A DNA stretch of 64,000 nucleotides from Candidatus Undivivens industriae (GCA_012514745.1 JAAYZR010000002.1:104962-168961), one strand, 5' to 3'. Shown: positions 27,959-38,401, counted from the first letter of the stretch. Made by a program: numbers and translations. The notes: generated from the sequence alone by a model not told the origin.

Positions 27959-28089
27959 CTATCGGGCCGGAATAAAACCCCGGTATAATAGTTTAGATTT
28001 CAGGCCGCGCTTCCATGGGGGAGTCCGGGCCTTACCGGCCTTTATTTAGGGGATTAAAGGCGGATCTGTGACGGGGAGATCCGGGATAA

Positions 28090-28434
28090 ATGGAATATAT
28101 AGAACAGCCAGACGGGAGCCCGGAAGACCAGAGATTGTTCGAGCGTATTCAGGGTCAATTCCCCGTAAAGTACACCGACCTGTATTCGCATATCTCTGGA
28201 GAAGCGGTTTCAAGCGACATCAGCGCTTACGGCCTCGGCATGATCTCCGGAACTGAACTGCAGTCTTCGGCGGATCTCGAGATATGGGTGAACGTTCCCG
28301 ACCAGGGCCAGCCGCTTTACGCCAGGGGCAGGGTAGTTTGGTGCAGGCCGGAAGGCGTGAAGAGCTATCGCATGGGTATCCGTCTGGAGAATGCCGAACT
28401 AATGAGGTTTTCCAGGGTTATGCGGCTGCATTGA
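28090..28434 (+). CDS. Stand-alone PilZ domain protein
   Basis: RLFER, DISAYG, GRVVWCR. Confidence 0.85.
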   Translation: MEYIEQPDGSPEDQRLFERIQGQFPVKYTDLYSHISGEAVSSDISAYGLGMISGTELQSSADLEIWVNVPDQGQPLYARGRVVWCRPEGVKSYRMGIRLENAELMRFSRVMRLH

Positions 28435-28476
28435 TATACCCGGCGGCGTACGCGGTCCCGTCCCGATATAAAAATC

Positions 28477-28514
28477 TTGACCATATAATAAACATGTGTT
28501 AGAGTTAAACACAT
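28477..28514 (+). promoter_or_regulatory. Promoter of the sugar ABC operon with an overlapping inverted repeat
   Basis: TTGACC-17 nt-TAGAGT; ATGTGTT-N7-AACACAT (28494-28514) spans the -10. Confidence 0.55.
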
Positions 28515-28591
28515 CTTATTTTATCCGCACTACAACCAACTGTCGGTAAATCCAGTTACAGCACAAGATTTCCGGCTCGAGAGGAGGCTCA

Positions 28592-29911
28592 ATGGCGGTA
28601 AAATTCTCCGGCTGTCTGAGAGGGGTATCGGCCTTTTCAATTCTAAGTCTGCTTTGCCTGTGCGGGTGCTCGCCTACGCCTGCGGAGAATAAGAATTCCG
28701 TGGTCATCTGGCACTGGATGACCGACCGTCAGCCCGCGTTCGAGGAATTGAGCCGCCGGTATGAAGAATTGACCGGCGTGAAAGTTACCTTCGAACTCTA
28801 CGCTCCTTCCGACGCCTATTCCCAGAAGATCAGGGCCGCCGCGCAGAGCGTGAGTCTGCCCGATATATTCGGCATACTGGGAGAAAAACGCGATTTCTCC
28901 TCTTTCGTCAAGGCGGGCCATATACTTGATATAACTCCTTATATGTCGTCGGACAACGGTAAATGGAAGAACGTGTTCTTTTCCAAAGCCCTGGCCGTCA
29001 ACGAGTTTTCTTCCGATAATACCTATGGGGTCACCCCGGGCATATACGGGGTCCCTATCGACATAACAACCATCCAGATGGTCTATAATAAGAAGCTGCT
29101 GAAACAGATAGGCGGAAATCCTAATAGGCCTCCGGCCACTCTGGAGGAATTCCTCGCTTTAGGACCGAAGATCAAGGCTTCCGGTATCCAGGGTCTTGTT
29201 TCCGGGTGGGGAGAAGTGTGGATGGTCGATTGTATGGCAAATAATTACGCCTTCAACGTGATGGGGAAAGACAAGGTATTGGCTACAATAAGAGGCGACG
29301 TCCCTTATACAGATCCGGACTGGATCAAGGTTTTCGAGATATTCAATCAAATGCAGAACTCCGGGGTGCTGGCGAACGGACTTGTAACCATGGTCAACAA
29401 GAACGCCGAGCAGCTTTTTGCCAACGAAAAGGCCGTGTTCGCGTTCAACGGCTCCTGGTGCGTGAATGTTTACAAGGGTATGACTCCCGGCTTGGAGTTC
29501 GGCGCCATGCTGCCGCCGGCGGTGAGTTCCAGGTATCCTATGGTAATCTGGGGCGGGGCGGGATCTTCTTTTATGGTTAACGCCAGATCACCGAGGAAGG
29601 AAGAGGCGGTCAAGTTCTTGCGTTGGCTTACCGACCGTGAACAGCAGGTCTTTTTGGCGGAGATAACGCTTAACCTGCCGGCGAACAAAGACAGCCTGAA
29701 GAAAATATCCGACGTGCTGGCGCAATTCGCGGACGATATAGAGACTTCCACGCATCCCAACGTGTGGGGAGTTTCCGAATTCCCCACCGTGGTCGAAGCC
29801 CTTGACAAGGGGATTCAGTCCATAGTTATCGGGGAGAAAACCTCCGTGCAGGTGGCGGAAGAGGTGCAGAAGATAAAACAAAGGGAATTGTCGAAGAAAA
29901 ACAACAAGTAA
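28592..29911 (+). CDS. Sugar ABC transporter substrate-binding lipoprotein
   Basis: LCGC lipobox, VIWHWM, LPDIF, YGVP, FNGSW, AVKFLRWLT. Confidence 0.9.
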   Translation: MAVKFSGCLRGVSAFSILSLLCLCGCSPTPAENKNSVVIWHWMTDRQPAFEELSRRYEELTGVKVTFELYAPSDAYSQKIRAAAQSVSLPDIFGILGEKRDFSSFVKAGHILDITPYMSSDNGKWKNVFFSKALAVNEFSSDNTYGVTPGIYGVPIDITTIQMVYNKKLLKQIGGNPNRPPATLEEFLALGPKIKASGIQGLVSGWGEVWMVDCMANNYAFNVMGKDKVLATIRGDVPYTDPDWIKVFEIFNQMQNSGVLANGLVTMVNKNAEQLFANEKAVFAFNGSWCVNVYKGMTPGLEFGAMLPPAVSSRYPMVIWGGAGSSFMVNARSPRKEEAVKFLRWLTDREQQVFLAEITLNLPANKDSLKKISDVLAQFADDIETSTHPNVWGVSEFPTVVEALDKGIQSIVIGEKTSVQVAEEVQKIKQRELSKKNNK

Positions 29912-29953
29912 CATCCGCCGCGCGGCCGGCGCCCGGGCGGTCAAACGTCTCAT

Positions 29954-30832
29954 ATGCGTATTAAATCGACACTGGAAAATTATCTTTTTGTTCTGCCCGC
30001 GGTCGCGATTTTCCTTATTTTCTATCTTATCCCGTTCATTTGGGTCTTCCAGCTCGGTATGTATGAATGGGACGGTATCCTTCCTACCAAGACTTTTGTC
30101 GGCCTGTCTAATTTCAAAGAAGTCCTTACTCAGGACAACATCTGGTGGCTTTCCATGCGGCAAGCCGGGTATATTACCCTGATCGCTATTATCTTTCAGA
30201 ACGCGATGGCTTTTATGCTGGCCATGGCCTGCGACAGGGAAATAAAGATGAAGAATTTCTTCCGGCTCGTCTTTTTTATCCCGCCGGTGCTTTCCGAGGT
30301 GGTAGTCGGCCTTGTATGGCAGTGGATACTCGACGGCAATTACGGTCTTCTTAATGCCTGGCTGCTCAAAATGGGGCTGCCTCATCTGGCCAAGAACTGG
30401 CTTTCGGATCCGCAGACCGCGCTTACTACCGTGGCCGTGGTGCACTGCTGGAAAGGCTTCGGCTGGGGCTTTCTGATTTTCCTGGCCGGACTACAGACGA
30501 TCCCGCGGGAGTTGTATGAAGCCGCGCGCGTGGACGGGGCCAACGCCTGGGCGAGTTTCAAGAACATAACCCTGCCGTTGATGATCCCGGTAGCCATACT
30601 GGTTGCTATCCTTACCGTCCTGGGCACCATGCAGGCGTTCGTTTTGATTATAGCCATGACCGGCGGCGGCCCGGCTTACCACACGCAGGTGCCGGTGCTG
30701 CGCATATTGGCTTCCATGCGCGGATCGTCGCGTTTCGGCTACGCCTGCGCACAGGGCATTGTTTTCGGGGTGGTGTTGATAATAATTTCGTTCGTGCAAT
30801 ACCGTTTTTCCAAGAGATCAAGGCAATATTAA
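29954..30832 (+). CDS. Sugar ABC transporter permease (MalF-like)
   Basis: FVGLSNF and LYEAARVDGA EAA loop. Confidence 0.93.
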   Translation: MRIKSTLENYLFVLPAVAIFLIFYLIPFIWVFQLGMYEWDGILPTKTFVGLSNFKEVLTQDNIWWLSMRQAGYITLIAIIFQNAMAFMLAMACDREIKMKNFFRLVFFIPPVLSEVVVGLVWQWILDGNYGLLNAWLLKMGLPHLAKNWLSDPQTALTTVAVVHCWKGFGWGFLIFLAGLQTIPRELYEAARVDGANAWASFKNITLPLMIPVAILVAILTVLGTMQAFVLIIAMTGGGPAYHTQVPVLRILASMRGSSRFGYACAQGIVFGVVLIIISFVQYRFSKRSRQY

Positions 30833-30856
30833 CGCGCCGAAGGAGCGTCGTCGTAT

Positions 30857-31705
30857 ATGAAAAGCGATAAATATTACCGCGGTAAGAAAGCAGCAGTGAA
30901 TGTGATAATCTACGCTTTTCTTATAGCGGTGGCGTTGACCTGTATTTTCCCGCTGCTCTGGATGTTCTCTTCCAGCCTGAAGACGCAGGAAACCATTTTC
31001 CGGGACATGTCGCTTATTCCCAGGGAGTTTCATTTTGAGAATTACGTCCTGGCCTGGAAGCAGGGCGGGTTCGGGCGGAACTTTTTCAACAGCATCGTTT
31101 ATACCTCGATCGTCGTGCTCGGCATAGTGGTGGTTTCCTCCCTGGCCGCTTACGCCTTTTCCAGGTTCACCTTCCCGGGCAGGAACCTTATTTTCTATAT
31201 GTTCATGGCGGCGATGATGATCCCTATCCCCGGCAGCTTCGTCCCGCTTTATGTTCTGTTGAACAAGTTGCACCTGCGCAACACCGCCATAGGCTATATA
31301 CTTTGCATGATCAACGTTGGATTGTCGACCAGCATCTTTCTTCTGAAGACTTTTTTCGACAAGATGCCTAAGGAACTCGAAGACGCGGCGAGGATAGACG
31401 GCTGCTCTAAACTCGGCATCTGGCGTCACGTCGCCCTGCCATTGGCGAAGCCCGTTCTGGCTGTCGTGGTAGTTTTGAACGCGCTTAATGTCTGGAACGA
31501 GTATGTGCTGGCGCTGATCATATTCGATTCCAAACCTTTGATGCCGCTGCAGGTGGCGTTGATGACGTTCCAGGGGGAATTCATTACGCGTTATCCGCTG
31601 CTCATGGCCGGGTTGACCATCACCGCCCTGCCTATAATACTAGTTTATATTCTTATGCAAAAATACATAGTCAAAGGCGTAACTCAAGGAGCATTAGTGG
31701 GGTAA
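30857..31705 (+). CDS. Sugar ABC transporter permease (MalG-like)
   Basis: AAYAFSRF, LEDAARIDGC, WNEY, QKYIVKG. Confidence 0.93.
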   Translation: MKSDKYYRGKKAAVNVIIYAFLIAVALTCIFPLLWMFSSSLKTQETIFRDMSLIPREFHFENYVLAWKQGGFGRNFFNSIVYTSIVVLGIVVVSSLAAYAFSRFTFPGRNLIFYMFMAAMMIPIPGSFVPLYVLLNKLHLRNTAIGYILCMINVGLSTSIFLLKTFFDKMPKELEDAARIDGCSKLGIWRHVALPLAKPVLAVVVVLNALNVWNEYVLALIIFDSKPLMPLQVALMTFQGEFITRYPLLMAGLTITALPIILVYILMQKYIVKGVTQGALVG

Positions 31706-31707
31706 AT

Positions 31708-34014
31708 ATGAAGATACCTGTTATTTCCTTATGTTTGGCGTTTTTGTTGCTTTCCGGCGGCTCTGCCCGGGCCGGGGACGGCACTCCGGCCGCGAAGGAT
31801 CCGGCCGAATCCTCCTCGACGTTAATCACCAAGTCCTGGCAGGCGCACGGCAGCGGAGACGTGGAAGCCACGTTTAAATACACCGGCAGGTGCATCGAAT
31901 TGTATTCTGCCGAGGCGTTGAAGCAGCAGGGATCGCTGAAGGGGATGCCCTCCAATAAGGACGAAATACAAGCGGTCGCCGTCTTGAACGACGTCGCCAC
32001 CGCTTATTTCATCCAGGCCGAGAGTTATATGAGGCAGGGCAAGAACGACGAGGCTAAAAAGCTGTTCAAGACCATCATAGAGAAATATCCTTTTGCCCAG
32101 GCCTGGGACCAGCGCGGGTGGTATTGGAAGATAGCTCAGGCCTCCGAGCAGAGCGTCAAAAAGATAGAGACCGGTTCTATAGAGATAGAAGAAAAAAAGA
32201 AGGTCAGCCAGCTGCCGACGGTAATAGAACTGTATGATCCGGGGAAAGAGGATGTGGTTGATTATGAAAAATACGGCGAATTCACCAAGACCGGCACCGC
32301 CGAGTATAAATACATCGTCAAGGACCAGGAAGGCTTGAGCGCGGCGGTGGGCGAGGGAATCTACCCCAATACCACTTCCATCCGCTGGGACCCTGCCTAC
32401 AAAAAAGCGCAGAAGGAAAAAAGGCTGGAGGGATCGCATTGGGATTACGTGCATTCCCCGGATCTGGAAGCGGCTTTTCTAAAATGGGCCACGGCTCCGG
32501 AACCGCAGGGCGTCAAACTTTTCTATCTCGGATTGATACTGGAAAAATCCGGACTTTATAAGCACGCGCTGAAGTGTTATTACGCGATAGTCGTGCATTT
32601 CCCGGGGACTTACGGCTGGACTTATTGGCACACACCCTGGTATGTGGGGCAGGCCGCCATCGCCAAGATAAAACACATATTGCGCAACAACCCCTCGCTC
32701 GGATATAAACTGGCCGGGGCGGACATAAAGATATTGAACGGTTTCGACAACGACGTATCCAACGATATGGCGGTGACGACACCGGGAAAATTCGTGAAAA
32801 CATCTTCTCTGGACAAGATGAAGGGACGTCTGTCCGACGGACGGGTTCCTGCGGTGAAAAAGCGGCTGGGATGCGGGAAGGTGCATCTTGTCCAATACGA
32901 AGACGACGGCTGGCAGTTGATCGTCGAAGGCAAACCGTACGTGATCAGGGCCGTTACTTACGCCCCCACCAAGATCGGACAGTCCCCCGATGAGGGGACT
33001 CTCGGGAACTGGATGGAGGAAGATTTCAATGCCAACGGCAAGATAGACGGCCCTTACGATGCTTTCGTGGACAAGAACAGGAACAACATCCGGGACGCCA
33101 ATGAGCCGGCGGTAGGTGATTTCAAGCTGATGAAGGATATGGGCATAAACACGATCAGACTTTATCATCATCCCAAGACAATCAACAAGGAACTGATGCG
33201 CGCGATGTACAAGGATTACGGCATCAGGGTGATAGTGGGGGATTTCCTCGGCAAATACGCCATAGGTTCCGGCGCGTCTTGGTATCCGGGAACGGATTAT
33301 AACGACGAAGATCACAAGAAGAAAATGATGGAAACCGTGCTCGGCATGGTTAAGGAATTCAAGGACGAGCCTTATGTCCTGTTCTGGCTGCTGGGCAACG
33401 AGAATGTTTACGGATTCGCCTGCAATGCCGACAAGGAGCCGGAGGCTTTCTTTAAGTTCGCCAACGAAGTGGCCGGAAGGATCAAAGAGATCGATCCGGA
33501 ACATCCGGTGGCGATATGCAGCGGAGACGTTCTCTTCCTGGATAAGTACGGTAAGAACGCTCCCGACGTGGATATTTTCGGCACCAACGCCTACCGCGGA
33601 GACTATGGTTTCGGGTTCCTCTGGCGCCAGGTCAAGGAAGAAACGGGCAAACCGGCGTTCATCACGGAATACGGATGTCCGGCTTTTTCCCTGGGCTTTA
33701 GCGTGGAGGAAGCGGAAAAGGCGCAGGCCGAATACCATCGCGGGACCTGGGAGGACATAGAGGAGAATATGGCTTTTCATGAGGGAGAGGGCAACGCAAT
33801 CGGAGGGGTGATCTTCGAATGGCTGGACGAATGGTGGAAGGCCTATGAACCTTCCATGCACGATACCAAAGGTTTGTTTACGGGGCCTTTCCCGGACGGA
33901 TTCATGCACGAAGAGTGGCTGGGTATCTGCGGGCAGGGCGACGGCAAGAACAGCCCGTTCCTGCGGGAATTAAGGCCGGCGTATTTCATGTATAAAAAGA
34001 AATGGAACAGGTGA
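31708..34014 (+). CDS. Exported clan GH-A glycoside hydrolase with N-terminal TPR-like region
   Basis: Signal peptide; MGINTIRLY, LLGNENVY acid/base, ITEYG nucleophile, FEWLDEWWK. Confidence 0.8.
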   Translation: MKIPVISLCLAFLLLSGGSARAGDGTPAAKDPAESSSTLITKSWQAHGSGDVEATFKYTGRCIELYSAEALKQQGSLKGMPSNKDEIQAVAVLNDVATAYFIQAESYMRQGKNDEAKKLFKTIIEKYPFAQAWDQRGWYWKIAQASEQSVKKIETGSIEIEEKKKVSQLPTVIELYDPGKEDVVDYEKYGEFTKTGTAEYKYIVKDQEGLSAAVGEGIYPNTTSIRWDPAYKKAQKEKRLEGSHWDYVHSPDLEAAFLKWATAPEPQGVKLFYLGLILEKSGLYKHALKCYYAIVVHFPGTYGWTYWHTPWYVGQAAIAKIKHILRNNPSLGYKLAGADIKILNGFDNDVSNDMAVTTPGKFVKTSSLDKMKGRLSDGRVPAVKKRLGCGKVHLVQYEDDGWQLIVEGKPYVIRAVTYAPTKIGQSPDEGTLGNWMEEDFNANGKIDGPYDAFVDKNRNNIRDANEPAVGDFKLMKDMGINTIRLYHHPKTINKELMRAMYKDYGIRVIVGDFLGKYAIGSGASWYPGTDYNDEDHKKKMMETVLGMVKEFKDEPYVLFWLLGNENVYGFACNADKEPEAFFKFANEVAGRIKEIDPEHPVAICSGDVLFLDKYGKNAPDVDIFGTNAYRGDYGFGFLWRQVKEETGKPAFITEYGCPAFSLGFSVEEAEKAQAEYHRGTWEDIEENMAFHEGEGNAIGGVIFEWLDEWWKAYEPSMHDTKGLFTGPFPDGFMHEEWLGICGQGDGKNSPFLRELRPAYFMYKKKWNR

Positions 34015-34222
34015 ACGGTTCGCACGTTCGCTATTTCATATTACTGGGAGGTAGAAAGGAGGAGCACAGGCAACAAGCGCAGTTGAATCGAATCAGGTAA
34101 AGATATGTTTTTAAGGAAACGTTCACTTTCACGCTGGCGTCCGGTCTTGATGTGTGCGGCAGCGGAAAGGGAAGGAACGCGGCACAATAACCGGCCGCGC
34201 TCCATCATGGAGGGGTTTTCAG

Positions 34223-35374
34223 ATGAGAAAATTATTAATGGTTACTTTAATTGCCGTATTCGCTTCGGCATTCACGACTACTCTTGAACGCGCGCAGGCG
34301 GATAACCTGAAGTCGTTCAGCGTTTACACCGACAGTAAATCTCCCGACAACCATTACGCGGCTTCCGGCTGGATGGGGGATTTCGGCGATATCAAGATGA
34401 ACGATCAGGCTTTGGAGAATCCTCATTCAGGGTCCACCAGCATAGAGTTCTCTTATTCCGCCAAGAAATCGCAGGGCCAGGGATGGGCCGGCGTTTATTG
34501 GCAGAATCCCGCCAATAACTGGGGAAGCAAAAAGGGAGGATTCGATCTTACCGGCATGACCAAGCTGACTTTTTGGGCGCGCGGCGCCAAAGGCGGCGAG
34601 ATCATCCAGAAGTTCGTAGTGGGAGGGATAAAAGGCGATTATTCCGATTCCGCGGCGGCCGAGTTCGGGCCTGTGGAATTGACCGATACCTGGAAGGAAT
34701 ACACGATCAATCTCGCCGGCCGCGATCTGTCCTATATAAGCGGCGGATTCGGCTGGGTGGCGACAGCCGACCTGAATCCCGACGGATGCGTTTTCTATAT
34801 CGACGATATAAAGTTCTCCGTCGATCAGGAGATGAAACCGGAGGGAAAGAAGCAGCAGGATATGCCTTTTTATGTCTACTCCGACAAAAGCTCGGTAAGC
34901 AACCATTTCGTGGCTTCCGGCTGGATGGGGGACTACGGCGACATAAAATATGAGGGTTCTTCCACCGAGGATCCCTATCTCGGCGATACCTGTATCAAGG
35001 TGGTCTATACCGCCAAAGGCGCGCAGGGCGCGCGCTGGGGAGGCATATACTGGCAGAATCCGGCCAACAACTGGGGCAGCATAGACGCCGGGTTTGACCT
35101 TTCCAAGGCGACCAAGGTTACCTTCTGGGCGCGCGGCGCAAAAGGCGGCGAGCGCATAGAGGAGTTCAAGATCGGCGGTATAATGGGAGAGTTTTCCGAC
35201 TCGGACACCGCAGGTATAGGCCCTGTCGTTCTTACCAAGGACTGGCAGCAGTATTCGATCGACCTGAAAGGCAAAGACCTTTCTTTCATCATAGGAGGTT
35301 TTTGCTGGGCGACCAACGCCGACGTTAATCCGGACGGCGTAATCTTCTACCTGGATGAAATCAAATACGAATAA
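34223..35374 (+). CDS. Exported protein with two tandem CBM-like beta-sandwich domains
   Basis: Signal peptide; duplicated NH..ASGWMGD, W.G.YWQNPANNWG, TFWARG, FY.D.IK blocks with a 552 nt period. Confidence 0.75.
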   Translation: MRKLLMVTLIAVFASAFTTTLERAQADNLKSFSVYTDSKSPDNHYAASGWMGDFGDIKMNDQALENPHSGSTSIEFSYSAKKSQGQGWAGVYWQNPANNWGSKKGGFDLTGMTKLTFWARGAKGGEIIQKFVVGGIKGDYSDSAAAEFGPVELTDTWKEYTINLAGRDLSYISGGFGWVATADLNPDGCVFYIDDIKFSVDQEMKPEGKKQQDMPFYVYSDKSSVSNHFVASGWMGDYGDIKYEGSSTEDPYLGDTCIKVVYTAKGAQGARWGGIYWQNPANNWGSIDAGFDLSKATKVTFWARGAKGGERIEEFKIGGIMGEFSDSDTAGIGPVVLTKDWQQYSIDLKGKDLSFIIGGFCWATNADVNPDGVIFYLDEIKYE

Positions 35375-36755
35375 CACCGCCGCCGGCAGCGCCGACGGCA
35401 ACAAAACCGGTATCGCGGGCCGCGGGGCGTCGTTCCCCGCGGCTTGCGGTATTCTTCTGGCATGTCTTTTTCTGCTTTGCGGTATGTCCGCCAAGCCGCC
35501 CGCCAAAGTAGCCATACGCACTCTCAAGAACGGCGATTACCAGCTATTGGTCTGCGGAAGGCCTTACGTGGTGAAAGGAGTCTGTTACAACCCGGTTCCC
35601 ATCGGGCAGGGATCGGATTACGCATGGTGGCAGGATACACATAAACCCTGGCTTACAGACGGCAGGATGATGAAAGCGATGGGAGTGAATACCATCCGTT
35701 TATACGAGCCGGCAGACGACGCCGCCGAGGTGAAGGCGGTCTTGAACGATCTTTACAAGTTTTACAATATACGGGTGATCATGGGCAACTGGCTCGGGTT
35801 CTGGGAGTACCCGGGTCCTTTCTACGGAGACCGGGATTTTCGCGACAAGGTCAAAGAGAAAGTGCTCGAGATGGTGCGCACGTATAAAGACGAACCGGGC
35901 ATACTTTTCTGGCTGCTGGGCAACGAGAATAATTATTCTTTCTCCGGGCAGATAAATCCCTGGAGCACCGACGAGATAGATAAAGAGCCGGACCCGATAA
36001 AACAAAGGGCCATGCGCGCCAGGATATATTACACATTCGTTAACGAACTGGCGCAGGAGATACACAAGATAGATCCGTACCACCCGGTGGCGCTCGGCAA
36101 CGGCGAACTTGTCGGGCTGGAGTGCGCGGCTAATTATTGTCCCGACGTCGATCTGCTGGGGTGCATAATCTACAGAGGAAAGACTTTCGGGAACCTGTTT
36201 AATTCTCTTAAGGCGACTTTCGATAAACCGGTGGTGTTGACCGAATTCGGCGCCGATAGCTACGATTCCTACCGCAACAGGGAAGATCAGGATATGCAGG
36301 CGTTTTTCCTTGAATCACAGTGGAGACAGATATACCAGAATCTTGCCGGCAGCCGCGAGGGCACGGGCAACTGCCTCGGCGGGGTAATGTTCGAGTGGAC
36401 AGACGAGTGGTGGAAGAATAACCCGAATTCCCCGGCCACCTGGACGGTGCAAGACACTCAGCCGCGCTGGTCGAATGGGAGTTATTATTTCGACATAAAG
36501 GCCAAAGACAGCCTGAACATGAACGAGGAATGGTTCGGGATCGTGGCGCTTTCTCCGAACGATAAAGGATCGGGATTGGACTTGCGCATCCCGCGTAAGG
36601 CTTATTATGTGGTGAGGGAATTCTGGAAAAGGCCGCGGAACAACAGGGAGATACAAAAAGAACCGTTGGAAAAGAATACCGCGGGAAGCGGCCTCAAAGG
36701 ACTGCCGATCAAGGATCTGATCAAACAATGTCCGTTGGAGGACGGGAAGAAATAA
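35355..36755 (+). CDS. Clan GH-A glycoside hydrolase (paralogue of the catalytic domain of 31708..34014)
   Basis: MGVNTIRLY, LLGNENNY, LTEFGAD, FEWTDEWWK, NMNEEWFG; start uncertain. Confidence 0.8.
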   Translation: MKSNTNNTAAGSADGNKTGIAGRGASFPAACGILLACLFLLCGMSAKPPAKVAIRTLKNGDYQLLVCGRPYVVKGVCYNPVPIGQGSDYAWWQDTHKPWLTDGRMMKAMGVNTIRLYEPADDAAEVKAVLNDLYKFYNIRVIMGNWLGFWEYPGPFYGDRDFRDKVKEKVLEMVRTYKDEPGILFWLLGNENNYSFSGQINPWSTDEIDKEPDPIKQRAMRARIYYTFVNELAQEIHKIDPYHPVALGNGELVGLECAANYCPDVDLLGCIIYRGKTFGNLFNSLKATFDKPVVLTEFGADSYDSYRNREDQDMQAFFLESQWRQIYQNLAGSREGTGNCLGGVMFEWTDEWWKNNPNSPATWTVQDTQPRWSNGSYYFDIKAKDSLNMNEEWFGIVALSPNDKGSGLDLRIPRKAYYVVREFWKRPRNNREIQKEPLEKNTAGSGLKGLPIKDLIKQCPLEDGKK

Positions 36756-38401
36756 TGGGGAAAACACTAATATATAATACGATTTTTCCGGTAATACTCC
36801 TGCTCGCCGCGTTTGTTCCTTTCAGGCAGGCTTGCCCGGCGGAGCCGGATATCTGCGCAGCGTGCCTTAGGGACGCCCTTTCCTCCGGCAAGAACGATGA
36901 CACATCCTCCTCGGACGCTTTACCGGCAACTCTGCAGAAATTGCGGGAATGTTATTATTCCTCCGGCAGATACGGCGAGTTCGTTTCCGCCCTTAAGACA
37001 ATCGCGGCGAAGAAAAAAGAGCTGGCCGGATGGGCTTATTATTATGCCGGAGCTGCCAGATACGACCAGCTGGCAGCTCTCCAGGCGGATAAGAAATGGG
37101 ATGAATATTTCTCCAGCGGAGATACTTACCGGCGTGAGGCCGTGGAATACGCACAAAAGGCGGTGAAATCGGCTGTCGGGAGAGGGGCCCTGCCGGTATA
37201 TTCGAGACTTTTATTATGGCAGACCCTGCGCGAGAACCAGGATGAGGCGGCCGCAGCGGCGCTTCAGGAACTATTGTCTGCCGTACGTGAATACGCTTCG
37301 TCGGAAGGCGCCGACCCCGGGGCGGTGAAGGACGCGGCGGACGGGTTGGCAGCCGCCGGAGAAAAGATGAAGGCCGGGGGGCTCTACAAGCTTTACATCG
37401 AAAGAAAGGCTTCCGATGGGGCCGGGCTGGAAGAGATCCGCGCTCTCGCCGAGCAATTCATGGAAGAGGGGAATTCACTGTCTTCGGAACCGGCTTATGA
37501 CGCTTACTTGGAAGGACTACTGCGAAGCCCCGCGTATTCCAAAGAAGAGAAGATAGCCGCGCTCCTCGACATCGCCGGAAAGTTCGTCTACAAAGACAGC
37601 GGCTTCTGCGACCCGGAATATGCCGAGAAGCTCTTTGCCATGGCCGAATCACTTGCCGGCAAGGACGGCTTCGCGGAAGACCAACTTTATACCAGGGCGT
37701 GGAATCTTGAGAAGAGCCGTTCGTTCGAAGCGGCCGCGGAACGTTACGCCGGGCTGGCCGAGAAGTTTCCCGCGGGCAAGTACGCCGATGAGGCGGTGTT
37801 CAAAGCAGGCGCTATAAGAATATACGCTCTTAGAGATACCGAGGGCGGGAAGCGGTATCTGCAGAAGCTCGCGGATTCCGGCAGACAAAACCCTTACGTT
37901 GTGTCCTCCATTTACCACTTAGCATTGTTGCTGCAGTGGGAAGGCGATTCGTCGCGCGCCGCCGAATATTATAACACGCTGATCGGGCTTGCCGGTAAAC
38001 ATTACGAGGAAGAGGTCGATCTCTCCAGGGTCAGAATGGCGGAACTGGCCGGCAATAAACCGATAGAATACAATCTGAGGACTTTTCTTGAGCTTTCCTT
38101 CCGTCAGGAGAATGCCGTGTATAATATGTCTAGGCTGGAATTGAAGGCTTCTCCCGTCCGTCCGGCTCCCGGAGAAAGTATTTCCGTCGCGGCATCGACG
38201 CATACCGCCGAAAGCGGCTGCATGCCGGTAAAACTTTCTTTTCTCTGGTCCGGGCAGACCGGTAAAGACTCCAAGTTGTCCGCCGATAATGCCGGTTTCT
38301 CCGCCGTTTACCGGGAACCGGGCAGCCGCGTCGTCGGCTCCGTGGCGCTGCATCCTTCCGGGACCATAGACCGTTCTTTCGTGATCATTGACGTGCGTTA
38401 A
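36755..38401 (+). CDS. Exported TPR-like protein with C-terminal beta domain
   Basis: Hydrophobic N-terminus, helical repeats such as EKFPAGKYADEAVFKAG, beta-rich tail. Confidence 0.7.
   Translation: MGKTLIYNTIFPVILLLAAFVPFRQACPAEPDICAACLRDALSSGKNDDTSSSDALPATLQKLRECYYSSGRYGEFVSALKTIAAKKKELAGWAYYYAGAARYDQLAALQADKKWDEYFSSGDTYRREAVEYAQKAVKSAVGRGALPVYSRLLLWQTLRENQDEAAAAALQELLSAVREYASSEGADPGAVKDAADGLAAAGEKMKAGGLYKLYIERKASDGAGLEEIRALAEQFMEEGNSLSSEPAYDAYLEGLLRSPAYSKEEKIAALLDIAGKFVYKDSGFCDPEYAEKLFAMAESLAGKDGFAEDQLYTRAWNLEKSRSFEAAAERYAGLAEKFPAGKYADEAVFKAGAIRIYALRDTEGGKRYLQKLADSGRQNPYVVSSIYHLALLLQWEGDSSRAAEYYNTLIGLAGKHYEEEVDLSRVRMAELAGNKPIEYNLRTFLELSFRQENAVYNMSRLELKASPVRPAPGESISVAASTHTAESGCMPVKLSFLWSGQTGKDSKLSADNAGFSAVYREPGSRVVGSVALHPSGTIDRSFVIIDVR

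Noticed and set aside
32479-33909. Long antisense ORFs (also 25717..26874, 34427..35527, 49282..50238, 57433..58479)
   Set aside because: They are shadows of well-supported genes on the opposite strand and have no recognisable motifs.
34015-34222. Small ORF 34105..34287 or ncRNA in the gap
   Set aside because: The ORF overlaps the next gene and has no motif, and I saw no convincing structure.
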